Source: Mobula birostris
Taxonomy: Eukaryota
Length of the DNA stretch: 64,000 bases
Reading direction: 5' to 3'
NCBI RefSeq assembly: GCF_030028105.1
Contig: NC_092377.1
Location: 3,725,079-3,789,078 of the forward strand
The position numbers and the translations under genes are program-made. The notes below the pieces were generated by a model. It ran no database searches, had not been told where the DNA came from, and saw nothing but the letters and a program-made list of their open reading frames with translations. Below, piece after piece: positions 1-13,834 of this stretch. Position 1 is the first letter of the stretch; each line of letters opens with the position of its first letter.

Positions 1-1480
1 TGTCGCTGTCTACGGGTGAGGTGCCGGAGGATTGGAGAATGGCTCATGTTCTTCCATTGTTTAAAAAAGCATCGAGAAGTAATCTGGGAAATTATAGGCC
101 GGTGAGTTTAACATCGGTAGTAGGTAAGTTATTGGAGGGAGTACTAAGAGACAGCATCTACAAGCATTTGGATAGACAGGGACTTATTAGAGAGAGTCAA
201 CATGGCTTTGTGCGTGGTAGGTCATGTTTGACCAATCTATTGGAGTTTTTCGAGGAGGTTACCAGGAAAGTGGATGAAGGGAAGGCAGTGGATATTGTCT
301 ACATGGACTTCAGTAAGGCCTTTGACAAGGTCCTGCATGGGAGGTTAATTAGGAAAACTCAGTTGCCGGGTATACATGGAGAGGTGGTAAATTGGATTAG
401 ACATTGGCTTAATGGAAGAAGCCAAAGAGTGGTAGTAGAGAATTGCTTCTCTGAGTGGAGGCCTGTGACTAGTGGTGTGTCACAGGGATCAGTGCTGGGT
501 CCATTGTTATTTGTCATCTATATCAATGATCTGGATGATAATGTGGTAAATTAGATCAGCAAATTTGCTGATGTTACAAAGACTGGAGGTGTAGTAGACA
601 GTGAGGAAGTTTTTCAGAGCCTGCAGAGGGACTTGGACCAGCTGGAAAAATGGGCTGAAAAATGGCAGATGGAGTTTAATACAGACAAGTGTGAGGTATT
701 GCACGTTGGAAGGACAAACCAAGGTAGAGCATACAGGGTTAATGGTAAGGCACTGAGGAGTGCAGTAGAACAGAGGGATCTGGGAATACAGATACAAAAT
801 TCCATAAAAGTGGCGTCACAGGTAGATAGGGTTGTAAAGAGAGCTTTTGGTACATTGGCCTTTATTAATCAAAGTATTGAGTATAAGAGCTGGAATGTTA
901 TGATGAGGTTGTATAAGGCATTGGTGAGGCGGAATCTGGAGTATTGTGTTCAGTTTTGGTCACCAAATTACAGGAAGGATAGAAATAAGGTTGAAAGAGT
1001 GCAGAGAAAGTTTACAAGGATGTTGCCAGGACTTGAGAAACTCAGTTACAGAGAAAGGTTGAATAGGTTAGGACTTTATTGCCTGGAGCGTAGAAGAATG
1101 AGGGGAGATTTGATAGAGATATATAAAATTATGATGGGTATAGATAGAGTGAATGCAAGCAGGCTTTTTCCACTGAGGGAAGGGGAGAAAAAAACCAGAG
1201 GACATGGGTTAAGAGTGAAGGGGGTAAAGTTTAAAAGGGACATTAGGGAGGGCTTCTTCACACAGAGAGTGGTGGGAGTATGGAATGAGCTGCCAGACAA
1301 GGTGGTAAATGCGGGTTCTTTTTCAACATTTCAGAATGAATTAGACAGATACATGGATGGGAGGTGTATGGAGGGATATGGTCCGTGTGCAGATCAGTGG
1401 GACTAGGCAAAAAATGGTTCGGCACAGCCAAGAAGGGCCAAAAGGCCTGTTTCTGTGCTGTAGTTTCTATGGTTTTCTAT
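1..1480 (+). mobile_element. CR1 LINE (subfamily A), RT and 3' end, stop-interrupted
   Basis: ORFs 21-554 and 633-1406 carry CR1 ORF2 motifs [28 protein letters not shown] and CVQFWSP, with a (ctatggtttt)-like tail near 1470. Confidence 0.95.
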
Positions 1481-1639
1481 AGCACAATACAGGCCCTTGG
1501 CCCACAATGCTGTGCCGAACATGTACTTCAGAAATTACCTAAGGTTACCCATAGAGGAACATGAGGGGTAACATCTTCACTCAGAGTTGTGAGAGTGTGG
1601 AATGAGCTGCCAGTAAACATAGGGCAACATTTGAGAAGA

Positions 1640-2900
1640 TTGGACAGGTACAGGTACAGTTTCAACATTACATCCTTACTTTCATATTCTAGTCCTCTTG
1701 AAATGAATGGTAATATTGCATTTGCCTTCCTCCCCACAGACTCAACTTGCAAATAAACCTTTAGGGAATCCTGCACAAGGACTCAAGTCCCTTTGCACCT
1801 CAGTATTTTGTATTTTCTCTCCATTTAGAAAATAGTCAACCCTTTCATTTCCTCTACCAAAGTGTATGGCCATACATTTCTCAACACAATATCTATTTGC
1901 CATTTTATTTTCCCATTTTCCTAATCTGTCTAAGTCCTCCTACAGCCTCTCTACTTCCTCAAAACTACCTGCACCCCTCCACCTATCTTCATATCGTCTG
2001 CAAGTTTTACAACAAAGCCATCAATTCCATCATCCAAATCATTGACATATAATGTAAAAAGAATTGGTCTCAACACAGATCCTCATGGATCACCGCTAAT
2101 CACTGGCAGCCAATCAGAAAAGGCATATTTATTCCCACCCTTTGCCTCCTGCCAATCAGCCACTGTTTTATCCATTCTAGAATCTTTCCTGTAGTACCAT
2201 GGGCATAGCTTGCTAAGCAGCCTCATGTATGACACCTTGTCAAAGGCTTTCTGAAAATCCAACTACACAACATCAACTGACTCTCTTTTTTTATCCTGCT
2301 TGTTATTTATTCAAAGAATTCCAACAGATTTGTCAGGCAAGATTTTCTTTTGAGGAAACCATGCTGACTACGGTCTATTTTATCATGTGCCTCCAAGTAC
2401 CCTGAGACCTCATCCTTAATAATCAACTCCAACTTCTTTGCAATCACTGAGGTTAGACTAACTGGCCAAAAGTTTCCTTTCTTCTGCCTCTCTCCCTTCT
2501 TTAAGAGTGGATTGACTTTTGCAATTTTCCAGTCATCTGGAACCATCCCTGAATCTAGTGATTCTTGAAAGATCTTTACTAATACCTCCACGATCTCTTC
2601 AGCCACCTCTTTCAGAACTCTGGTGTGTGCACCATCTGGTCCGGATGACTTATTTAGCTTCAGCGGTTTCAGTTCCCAAGAACCTTCTCTCTAGTTACGG
2701 TAACTTCACACATTTCATGACCCCCGACACCTGGAACTTCCACCATACTGCTAGTTTCTTCCACAGTGAAGAGTGATGCAAAATATTTATTCAATTTGTC
2801 CACCATTTCATTGTCTCCCATTGCTACCTCTCCGGCATCATTTTCCAGTGGTCTGATATTCACTCTGGCCTCTCTTTTACACTTCATGTATCAGAAGATA
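1640..2900 (-). mobile_element. Degraded CR1 fragments
   Basis: Minus ORFs 1528-1776, 2307-2606 and 2669-2887 resemble CR1 ORF2 ([27 protein letters not shown]). Confidence 0.85.
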
Positions 2901-2949
2901 ATTTTGGTATTCTGCACAATCACAATTGAACTGCACAGTCTCTGGGCAC

Positions 2950-4915
2950 ACAGACAGGTATGTTGTCAGACCCTGCAGGTTTGCGTGGGTTGATCCTTGC
3001 TTGGGTTTTCCTCACATTAGTCGTGCCTGCTCCTCGGGGAGAGGGTGCTGCCTTTCTCGCCAGCACATTGCATGGTGCATTAAAGGTTTATACATAGAGG
3101 ACGTTCTGCCAGTCAGACAGAGAGGCATCACAGTCATTGTCATGCAGGGTGGTCTAATATCCCATTGTGAACTAAATGCTCTGTCACCTGCGCCACGTGT
3201 CCCTGGTGTCACAGAAATGGTTGTAGATGTTCAGTGTTCAACTGCCATATCATCCTATATCACCAGTCCACAGACAGCAATCCAGAGATCACTACCCCTG
3301 AGATCCTGCTTTTCAGTTTCCTTCCTCACTCCCTGGAGAATAATTATCAGCAATGTCAATGACATCACCGCCCCGGGAATGGAGAAATACTTTTCAGTTT
3401 CCTTCCGAACTCCCGATATCGGCTGTTCAGTTCACGTTCCAGTTTAATTGTCATTCACTCACACACATGAAAACAGCCAAATGAAACAGTGTTCCTCTGG
3501 GGCGAAGGCTCAGAACATAGTACCAACAGCACACAGCACATATAGTCATGGTAGCAGAACAACATACAGTCCAATATAGCTCAAGTCCCTGAGTGGCATA
3601 GCCTGTAGATTGATGGTCCTAGTCCAGCTTGTCTTCCACTGGACTGATCCTGTTTCACAACTATGTTGGTATTAATATATAGCACAATTTGTGTCTGTTC
3701 ACACTTCCCCTTTAGAATGTTGTGGACCTGATCCGAAATGTCTGGCATCTGGAAGGCAACACATCATCTGAGAGTCTTTGAGGAGTTTGCTTGTCACACA
3801 AACAAGATGGGGGAGAGAGGGCAACCCTGCCTGACTCCAGACTTGATTGGGAAGCTATCAGTTTCCCACCCGTTGACTTGGACTGCACTACAGATGTCGG
3901 TGTGTAGCAGTTGGATCCAATTCCTGATTCCCTCCCCGATTCCCATTTTGGAGAGTACGTCAATAACCTACGTGTGCGATATCCTGTCGGAGCCTTTCTC
4001 CTGGTCCAAGCTGACCAGGCAGGTGTCCACCCCTCTGTCCTGCACGTAAGCGATGGTGTCCCTCAGCTGCCCGAAGCTGTCCGAGATTTTCCTGCCCGGT
4101 ACAGCACAGGTTTGATCCGGGTGGATCCCGCATTTGACTCAGTTGGCAATAGACTTGGACAGGATCTTGTAGTCCATATTCGGGAGTGATACGGGCCTCC
4201 AATTTCTAATGTCCTCGCTTTCCCCCTTCTGCTTGTAGATGAGGATAATGATGCCCTTCCTCATGGATTCCGACATGTTGCCAGCTAGAAGCATAGCGTT
4301 GTACACTTCCAGCAGGTCAGGGCCCATCCAGTTCCACAGAGCCGAACACAACTCAACCGGTAAGCCGTCGCTTCCAGGAGCCCTACTCGACTCAAAGGAA
4401 CGTATGGAGCCTGTCAGTTCGTCCAGCATCAGTGGCTGGTACAGACTCTCCCGCTTGCCGTTGTCTTAAGACCTGCGTGATAGACGACAGGGGGCAGTTC
4501 TGGGAGGCTGTGGTGTTTGTGGCCTTTTTGTCATACAGACTGGGACATAGCAGGACCTACAGATCATCAATCGGCCTGTTTGCGAGGATGCGACTGACCC
4601 GTCCTCTTTCTTAAGGCCGTGGACCAGAGAGTTCCCCTGCGCACATTTTGGAAGAAACGTGAGCACGTCGCGTCCTGTTCCACGTTTGGAGCTTCATCGG
4701 AAGATAATCTTGGAGGATTCAATGGCGAAGTGCTGGGCTTGCCGGCTCTTCACCTTTGGTTATTCCTCCCTCACATCTACCCCCTTGAACTGCAGAAGGA
4801 GGGGTTACTGCAAATCTGTCAGGGGTTTCCGCAGTTCTCTCTGGCCCTGCTTTGCTTTCTGGGCGCCTTGCGGATGAAGAACCTCTTGAAATTCTCCTTG
4901 GTAGCTTCCCACCAG
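2950..4915 (-). mobile_element. Tx1-like L1 non-LTR retrotransposon fragments
   Basis: ORF 4139-4429 (APGSDGLPVEL...GIIILIYKQKG...NWRPVSL) and 3738-region SGIRQGCPL-like motif are typical of L1/Tx1 RT and unlike CR1. Confidence 0.75.
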
Positions 4916-5159
4916 TGAACAGTGGTTTTATTTTTGTTATTATCAAAATAAACTTTATTTCCAATAAAGTTATTTACAATAAATCACTCTAACGTCTTTA
5001 CAGACATTACCATTACATTCCATACCGTTTAAAATATTTCAGCCGCTCACGTGCACTCTGGTAGTTCACATTATACAATACAACCGTAGTTGAGGGTTTT
5101 ACTCCCCGCCACCCAACCCCTCCCACTCCCTCGTGGGAAGAACCCTAAACTTAATTTCA

Positions 5160-5550
5160 GAGATTAAGGGAGCTAGGGCTTTACTCTTTGGAGAGAAGGA
5201 AGATGAGAGGAGACATGATAGAGGTGTACAAGATAATAAGAGGAATAGACAGAGTGGATAGCCAGCGCCTCTTCCCCAGGGCACCACTGCTCAATACAAG
5301 AGGACATGGTTTTAAGGTAAGGGGTGGAAGTTCAAGGGGGATATTAGAGGAAGGTTTTTTACTCAGAGAGTGGTTGGTGCGCAGAATGCACGGCCTAAGT
5401 CAGTGGTGGAGGCAGATACACTAGTGAAATTTAAGAGACTACTAGACAGGTATATGGAGGAATCTAAGGTGGGGGGTTATATGGGAGGCAGGGTTTGAGG
5501 GTCGGAACAACATTGTGGGCTGAAGGGCCTGTACTGTGCTATGTTCTATG
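5160..5550 (+). mobile_element. CR1 3' fragment
   Basis: ERRKMRGDMIEVYKI motif plus ctatgtt tail. Confidence 0.9.
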
Positions 5551-6544
5551 TTCTACGTTCTATGTTCTAAACCGTGCCCCTTCCACAGCGGGCCGTTGCC
5601 GTCTCTGCTCCAAGTTTCAGTGCGTCCTTTAGCACGCAGTTCTGCAGTCGGCAGCATTCTGCCACGGACATCTCGATGTGCTGCTGGACCTTTAAGTTTT
5701 GGGCCGAACAAAGAGCGTCTCTCACAGAGCCAGCGGCACCTGATGTTTGCCTCCGTGTGCGTCCCGGGAACAGAGAGTCCTCTGTTACGGAGCTGCTGGG
5801 AATGAAACATAACAGCAGCCCTTTCATCCCCCTCCCCATCTTCTCCGCGAACCCACAGTGTTTCATTGTGATGAGCGCAAAACAGACCAGGCATCATGAC
5901 CCGGAGAGTGAACCCCACCAGTCCCATACAGACGAGGAGGTGACCATCACACACCCCGGTTAGAGTAGGGGTGACCCACAAATACACAGGCAAATAACTT
6001 TCCACCATAATCCCACAGAAGCATTTTAACACAAGAACAATAAACAGTGCTGGTCATTAGAGATGCAGGAGCGGACTGTCGACCACGCACACCCAGAGCG
6101 TCACAATATAGTGGGTAAAGTTTTTTTTCAACAGATTTGATATCGTTCGGTTGGAAGGCTATGGTCCAGTCATCAGCGTATCCAAATTTAGCAGATCTGG
6201 TTTCAGGGAGGTCACTGAGGTACAGATTGAACAAGGTTGGAGTCAGAACTGACCCCTGGGGACGCCATTGCGGAATTTCAATATGCGACTGGTGTGACTT
6301 CCTCGGCAGAAGAAAGAACGGCTGCCAGTCATTCTATGAAGGAGAGATAGGATCTTTTCACCTGGGATGATTCGGGCTCGCTTTAACATTAAGCCTTGGT
6401 TCCAAACGGTGTCGTATGCAGCGGAAAATCCTCTCCGGTCTGCTTTTTGAGTTCAAAGTCTGATTCGATGTACGATGTGAGCGCGAGAACTTGTTCACTG
6501 GTATTGTGTTGTCTGAAGCCGGCGTGCTCGATCGGTATGTAAGG

Positions 6545-6940
6545 ATCTTTTCACTTTGGAGTGTAGAAGGATGAGAGGGGACTTGATAGAGGTCTGTAAG
6601 ATTATGAGAGGCATAGACAGGGTGGGTAGACAGTACCTGTTTCCCAGGGCACGAATAGCGAACACCAGACGGCATATGTACAAAGTTAAGGGAGGGAAGT
6701 TTAGGAGAGACATCAGGGGTAAGTCTTTTACACAGGGGGTTGAGGGTACCTGGAATAACTTGCCAGGGATGGTGGTCGAGGCTAAAACATTAGGGGTATT
6801 TAAGAGCCTCTTGGACAGGCACATGGATTAAAGAAAAATAGAGGATTACGGGGTAGTTTAGGACTTTTTTAAGGAATATATGGGTCGGCACAACATCGAG
6901 GGCCGAAGGGCCTGTATTGTGCTGTAGTATTCTAGTGTCT
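6545..6940 (+). mobile_element. CR1 3' fragment nested in the Ingi/Vingi-like LINE
   Basis: ECRRMRGDLIEVCKIMRG motif (ORF 6556-6831). Confidence 0.9.
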
Positions 6941-7035
6941 AGATCTATCAGAGGTAACATTCTGGGTAAAATAACACGCTCAAGAAGTTTGTAGGCACTG
7001 CAGAGCAGTGAAACAGGTGGAAACTTGCTGGATCG

Positions 7036-7150
7036 CCTGCCGAAGGGGTTTCGGCCCGAAACTCCGACGATACTCTGAGTATTGAGTTCTTCCATCATTT
7101 TGTGTTTGTTGCTTAGATTTCCAGCATCTGCAGAATTTCGCTTGTTTGCG
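7036..7150 (+). mobile_element. Penelope pLTR mini-insertion starting at a degenerate hammerhead core
   Basis: CCTGCCGAAGGGGTTTCGGCCCGAAAC at the start; ends atttccagcatctgcagaatt...; flanked by GGATCG at 7030-7035 and 7151-7156. Confidence 0.7.
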
Positions 7151-8149
7151 GGATCGTCTGCAGCCTTTCCTGGTTCAGGAATGGCAATGATTTTCACACG
7201 TTTCCAAGCTTCGGGGTATTTTCCCTTTTGTTCTGACAGCAGTGAGAGCGCTAGTCAGCCGCTTGATTCTCTCTCCTCTGAGATGTTTCAGCATTTCTGC
7301 ATCGATACCGTCGCTGCCGGCGGTTTCTGCTGATTTAATGCTTTGCTAGCCGGGTTTTACTTCGGCTGGTGTTGTTCGAAATGTAAAGGTATCTTTCGGC
7401 GCGCTCTTTGTAAAGTTTTTGGTATTTGTGTCTGTCTTGTGTTTCGAATTCATGATTAGAAGTGTGCTTTACTCTTTGTCTGATATGTTGTGTCTGCACT
7501 GACTGGATAATTGGTTTCTTGCTTTCGTGCTGTGTTGGGGTCTAGTTTTTTGAGGATCCATACAGGTTTGCTGGAGGGAGTGAAGTCCATGTTTTCTACA
7601 ATTTCCATCCATCGACAGTATTTCGTCCGTCTTTGTGGCGCGATTTGAATAAAGCATAAGTTGTCGTATGTCGTAAACCTGTTGTTTAAAACTCTTGAAT
7701 AAGTTCTTCGCTTTCTTTAGAGCAACACGGAATGTATTCTTGTCGATAGCCTCTCGACTTTGCCTCTTTCGCGCATTTTAGCATGAATCTATGAATTCGG
7801 TGGACATTTTCGGCGGTGAGTGGCATTCTACACGTATTGTCGATTTGCCAGGTGAATTTTTCCTCCGTTTGCTTTTCTGAAGTTCCATATGGGATTGGGG
7901 ATAGAGGGATGAGTAAGTAGTTGGGATCCAACCGTTATTAGCAGGGGTCTGTGCTGAGCATGAGGAAAATCACCAAGGATTTCTCGAGCAGCTGGCAGGG
8001 GTTCAAGTTGTTACAAAACGGAGGTGCGGTGTGTAATTCTGTTGACATCTAGCTGAGATGAATGTCCCCTTATCTTTAGGATCATATAGGTGTTGAACGT
8101 CGTTATTAGATGCCTAAGGATAGGTCGCTTTTCCGGCTGTGTTGTTTTC

Positions 8150-8450
8150 TGTGTATCCGCAGTGTTTTCCTGAATTCGGTTCCCGTGCTCAGTTAAAATT
8201 TGTTGGATTGTATCTAATTTGCCTTTAATCCGTTGAAACTCCTCGGAGAATTCGGATTTTTGCCGTTTAAGGAAGTCACTGATTGATTCCACAGTGACTG
8301 GGGATTCATCTTCTGTTTCTCTTCCTTTTGCAGAAGCTTTTGTTCTTTTCCCAGCCATCGTAAAACAGTATAACAAGGTTTCAAAAAAAAGGTAGGAGAC
8401 AATAAAGTAAATAGGGTAGGAGGAATCTGAAACGATGTTCTCCATCAGCT
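8150..8450 (-). mobile_element. L1-type ORF1 N-terminal fragment
   Basis: MAGKRTK...SPVTVESISDFL...KLDTIQQILTEHGNRI, a coiled-coil-like sequence resembling fish L1 ORF1. Confidence 0.5.
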
Positions 8451-8489
8451 GCCAACAGGGCTCCGCATGTTCTTAAGACCATCAGACAA

Positions 8490-10610
8490 AACCAATAGTC
8501 AACGAGAATTGGAAGAGCAAATCTGCAGAGAGATAGCAGGCAACTGCAGGAAACATAAAGTTGTGGTGGTAGGGGATTTTAATTTTCCATATATTGATTG
8601 GGACTCCCATACTGTTAGGGGTCCAGATGATTTAGAGTTTGTAAAATGTGTTCAGGAAAGTTTTCTAAATCAATACATAGAGGGACCAACTAGAGGGGAT
8701 GCAATATTGGATCTCCTGTTAGGAAACGAGTTAGGACAAGTGACGGAAGTCTGTGTAGGGGAGCACTTTGGTTCCAGTGATCATAACACCATTAGTTTCA
8801 ACTTGATCATGGACAAGGATAGATCTGGTCCTAGGGTTGAGGTTCTGAACTGAAAGAAGGCCAAATTTGAAGAAATGAGAAAGGATCTAAAAAGCGTGGA
8901 TTGGGACAGGTTGTTCTCTGGCAAAGATGTGATTGGTAGATGGGAAGCCTTCAAAGGAGAAATTTTGAGAGTGCAGAGTTTGTATGTCCCTGTCAGGGTT
9001 AAAGGCAAAGTGAATAGGAATAAGGAACCTTGGTTCTCAAGGGATATTGCAACTCTGATAAAGAAGAAGAGGGAGTTGTATGACATGTATAAGAAACAGG
9101 GAGTAAATAAGGTGCTTGAGGAGTATAAGAAGTGCAAGAAAATACTTAAGAAAGAAATCAGGAGGGCTAAAAGAAGACATGAGGTTGCCTTGGCAGTCAA
9201 AGCGAAGGATAATCCAAAGAGCTTTTACAGGTATATTAAGAGCAAGAGGATTGTAAGGAATAAAATTGGTCCTCTTGAAGATCAGAGTGGTTGACTATGT
9301 GCGGAACCAAAGGAAATGGGGGAGATCTTAAATAGGTTTTTTTGCATCTGTATTTACTAAGGAAACTGGCATGAAGTCTATGGAATTAAGGGAAACAAGT
9401 AGTGAGATCATGGAAACTGTACAGATCGAAAAGGAGGAGGTCCTTGCTGTCTTGAGGAAAATTAAAGTGGATAAATCCCTGGGACCTGACAGGGTGTTCC
9501 CTCGGACCTTGAAGGAGACTAGTGTTGAAATTGCAGGGGCCCTGGCAGAAATATTTAAAATGTCACTGTCTACAGGTGAGGTGCCGGAGGATTAGAGAGT
9601 GGCTCATGTTGTTCCATTGTTTAAAAAAGGATTGAAAAGTAATCTGGGAAATTATAGGCTGGTAAATTTAACATGGGTAGTACGTAAGTTATTGGAGGGA
9701 GTACTAAGAGACAGAATCTACAAGCATTTGGATAGACTGGGACTTATTAGGGAGAGTCAACATGGCTTTGTGCGTGGTAGGTCATGTTTGACCAATCTAT
9801 TGGAGTTTTTTGAGGAGGTTACCAGGAAAGTGGATGAAGGGAAGGCAGTGGATATTGTCTACATGGACTTCAGTAAGGCCTTTGACAAGGTCCCGCATGG
9901 GAGGTTAATTAGGAAAATTCAGTCGCTAGGTATACATGGAGAGGTGGTAAATTGGATTAGACATTGGCTCGATGGAAGAAGCCAGAGAGTGGTGATAGAG
10001 AATTGCTTCTCTGAGTGGAGGCCTGTGACTAGTGGTGTGCCACAGGGATCAGTGCTGGGTCCATTGTTATTTGTCATCTATATCAATGATCTGGATGACA
10101 ATGTGGTAAATTGGATCAGCAAATTTGCTGATGATACAAAGATTGGAGGTGTAGTAGACAGTGAGGAAGGTTTTCAGAGCCTGCAGAGGGACTTGGACCA
10201 GCTGGAAAAATGGGCTGAAAAATGGCAGATGGAGTTTAATACAGACAAGTGTGAGGCATTGCACGTTGGAAGGACAAACCAAGGTAGAACATACAGGGTT
10301 AATGATAAGGCACTGAGGAGTGCAGTAGAACAGAGGGATCTGGAAACACAGATACAAAATTCCCTAAAAGTGGCGTCACAGGTAGATAGGGTCATAAAGA
10401 GAGCTTTTAGTACATTGGCGTTTATTAATCAAAGTACTGAGTATAAGAGCTGGAATGTTATGATGAGGTTGTATAAGGCATTGGTGAGGCCGAATCTGGA
10501 GTATTGTGTTCAGTTTTGGTCAGCAAATTACAGGAAGGATATAAATAAGGTTGAAAGAGTGCAGAGAAGTTTAAAAGGATGTTGCCGGGACTTGAGAAAC
10601 TCAGTTACAG
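8490..10610 (+). mobile_element. CR1 subfamily A, endonuclease C-terminal part plus RT, several stops
   Basis: ORFs 8467-8853 (VVVGDFNFP, SDHN), 8875-9294, 9371-9595 and 9599-10639 (FADDTK); near-identical to 1-1480 and 55300-57900. Confidence 0.95.
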
Positions 10611-10898
10611 AAGAAATTTCTTTAGCCAGAGGGTGGTGAATTTGTGGAAGTTGTTACCGAGGCCGCTGTGGAGGCCAGGTCATTGGGTGTATTTAAGGCA
10701 GAGCTTGACAGGTTCTTGATTGGACACGGCATCAAGGGTTACTGGGAGAAGGTCAGGGAGTGGGGCTGAGGAGGGGAAAAAGAATCGGCCATGATTGAAT
10801 GGCAGAGCAGACTTGGCGGGTCAGATGGCCTCAGTCTGTTCCAATGTCTTAAGGTCTCAAACAGCCTCTGACAACCAAGTCCAACTTCTGGTCTTCAC

Positions 10899-10965
10899 CT
10901 GTGGCTGAGCTACTGAGCCCAGCGGAACTGCTTCTACCGAGAGGAGAAGGGGCAAGGGCAGTTAT
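10899..10965 (-). CDS. Candidate exon (ITALAPSPLGRSSSAGLSSSAT), phase 0 to 1, of the Ig receptor gene tail
   Basis: Acceptor cccctctctctgcag and donor CAG|gtgaag in a non-repeat island; open frame. An alternative acceptor at 10933 exists. Confidence 0.4.
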
Positions 10966-12129
10966 CTGCAGAGAGAGGGGGGCCAGGGTCAGGGTAAACA
11001 TGTACTTGGATAATAAATTTACTTTAGCTTTGCAGGAGAATCCAGAATTAGCATCACTGGTTAAAAATAAGAGTCGTCCATTTTATTTGGAGAGGAGGTG
11101 ATTTTTTCTCTCTCTGATGGTTGAGGTTTTGGATCTCTCTTCCTCAAAGGAGACTGGAAGTAGAGCCTTTCAGTCTTTAAAACAGAAAGAGATGATCTCT
11201 TGATCAGCAAAAGGAAGAAAAGTCACTGGAGGGGATGGGATTATGGAGTTGCAGTTACAATTGAACCACCGTGACCTTAATAAACAACAGGGCAGGTCTG
11301 AGGGTAAATTGTTAAACTGGTTTATTGTCACCACATGTACTGAGGTAGAGTGAAGAACTTACACACTGTACATACAGATCAAATCATTACCACAGTGCAC
11401 TGAGGTAGGACAAAATAAACCAATAACAGAGTGCAGAATTAAGTGTGCCAGTCACAGAGAGAGTGCAGTGCAGGCAGACAATAGGGTGGAAGGCCATAGC
11501 TTTGGATTTATCCGCTGTGTGGAAAGGGGGAACCCGCTGCCCAGGCAACAACTTACTCTCCATGTCGTACTGCCGTGGCTTACTGACTGGCGTGTGTATC
11601 CAACGTAGACAGCTGGAATGCAACATCCATGGTCGACCCAGATCAACGGATGGGGGGCTCCATTTTCCCAAGTCGGATCAGGACATTTAGAAAATGTTTC
11701 AGTCCATCCTTTATGGATGTAGGAAGCAGGGTAAATCTGACCCTGTCTATTCATTGTATTTGGAGTTTCAGAAGCCATTCAATAAGCACAGATACTGCAC
11801 AATTTTAAAGGATTGGCAGGTAGTGGAGACAGACATAAATGGGTCATTTCTGGAAGAAGGAATGTAGGTGTTGAACAAAGCGATTGCCCCGTCTGTACCT
11901 GTTCTCACTGATGTAGAGGAGGCCCAGGTGCAACCACTAATGGTGGAGGAGAGGCAATAATGCCCACCTCATAGGGGAAGGGCTGTTTCAGGCCCTGGAT
12001 GCTGCTGAGGGTGGACGTGGAAGTGAAGCCACATTTGGAGTTTGGTCATCAGTTTTGTTGCAGGAAAGATATCATTCAATGGAAAAGAGGAGATGGAGGA
12101 TATTGTCGGGACTCAGGGGTCCAAGTTAT

Positions 12130-12640
12130 AAGACCATAAGAAATAGGAGCAGGAGTAGGCCATTCAGCCCATCGAGCCTGCCCTGCCATTCAATAAGATC
12201 ATGACTGATCTGTCCGTAAACTCAGCTCCAGCTACCTGCCTTTTTCCTATAACCCTTAATTCCCTTACTATGTAAAAACCTATCTAACTGTTTCTTAAAT
12301 ATACTTAGTGAAGAAGCCTCAACTGCTTCCCTGGGCAGAGAATTCCACAGATTCACCACTCTCTGGGAAAAACAGTTTCTCCTCATCTCCATCCTAAATC
12401 TTCTCCCCTGAATCTTGAGGCAATATCCCCTAGTTCTAGTCTCACTTACCAATGGAAACAACTTTCCTACTTCTATCTTATCTATCCCTTTCAAAATTTT
12501 ACATGTTTCTATAATGGGAAATAACTTTGCCATATCTAATTTTTAACATTTGGAATCTTTCTATGAGATCCCCTCTCATTCTCCTGAACTCCAGGGAATA
12601 CAGCTCAAGAGCTGCCAGATGTTCCTCATGATGTTGAGCA
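12130..12640 (-). mobile_element. Nested CR1 3' fragments
   Basis: ORF 12222-12533 (TRGYCLKI...FSQRVVNLWNSLP). Confidence 0.85.
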
Positions 12641-13464
12641 GGTTGGAACTTTATTCATTGCAGTGTAGGAGACTGAGGGCTGTATAAAATCACAAGGGGC
12701 AAAGATACTCAATGTGCTGAGTCCTTTTCCCAGAACTAGAGAGTACAGGTTTCAATGTGAGAGGGGAGAGATTTAATAGGAACTTGAACGGCAATGTTTC
12801 TAGCCAGAAAATGGCCAGTATATGAAATGAACTGCCAGGGCAAGTGGTTGAGGTAGATACATTAATAATACTTAAAAGTCATTTGGACAGGTATGTGGAT
12901 TGGACAGGTCTGGATGGATTTGGGCCATACATGGACAAGTGGAACGAGGTTAAATGGGAATTTTGGTCAACATGGACCAGATGGGCTGAATGGCCTGTTT
13001 CCATTCTGTTTGACTGTGAATTTGTGATATGGGTTTGATCTCCTGCAGTTGCAGGGGAAAGTCCCTGGGGATGGGAAGAAATGGGTGGGGAGAGATGGCA
13101 GACCAGGAAGTTGTAGACAGAGTGATCACTGTAGAAAGCAGAAAGGAGTGGGGAGCAGAAGATGTGGTGATTGTAGGATCACGTTGTAGTTGGTGGGAGT
13201 TGCAAGTTGTGACGTTCCGGAGTCCCGTGCGCTAATTTTTACCAGCGAGAAGCACACACATATTTAATAAGCTGCTGCTGCTGAAGAATTATTTTTAGTC
13301 ACTGGGCACGTTTGATGACGGCATATTCAGCTGTTTCCTCGGTGACTTTAATTTTTGGAGCTGTCTCCTGTCGTAGGAACTGAATATCAGCATAACACAT
13401 CTCTGATTGCTCTGACTGGAACAGAAAAACACAGACGTTTACAGTACTGAAATTAACCACTCAC

Positions 13465-13548
13465 CCCTGGTTTATATCTGACCCATCCCCACAGGACATT
13501 GATACATTTGGCTACTAAACACACAGTCCCTGTTGTAACCTCAGGGAT
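13465..13548 (-). CDS. Candidate 84-nt exon (IPEVTTGTVCLVAKCINVLWGWVRYKPG), phase 0 to 0
   Basis: Donor GGG|gtgagt, moderate acceptor tatctctggtgtctaag, open frame, non-repeat island. Confidence 0.3.
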
Positions 13549-13834
13549 CTTAGACACCAGAGATACTGACGATGCGATTAGTTTGAAGCAACACACACAA
13601 TCCTGGAGGAATTCAATAGCTCAGGCAGCATCTATGGAGGTGAATGGACAGTCAATGTTTTGGGTCATGAACTCTTCATCAGGGCCGGAAAGGAAGAAGG
13701 CAGAAGCCAGAGTTAAAAAGATAGAAGGGAGGCAGAGGAATATATGATCCTATAATGATTGTGGGAATGAAGTATACTGAAATTTAGACGAATGTGTGGG
13801 GATCTCATTGAAAGAGGATAAGACCTGAGGGAAT

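Larger units (their letters stand above)
5950..8140 (-). mobile_element. Ingi/Vingi-like (non-CR1) LINE, degraded, with nested insertions
   Basis: RT motifs PQGSVLTPTLFNLYLSDLP..KFGYADD (5947-6234) and PVSLLCSAYKLLERVIL (about 6950-7020); endonuclease/linker-like RGYRQEYIPC (7686-7931). Clade assignment is from memory of the family, not from a search. Confidence 0.6.

Noticed and set aside
507-805. Recurrent antisense ORFs (MYLYSQIPLF..., MTAKATSCLL...)
   Set aside because: Shadow frames of repeated CR1 copies
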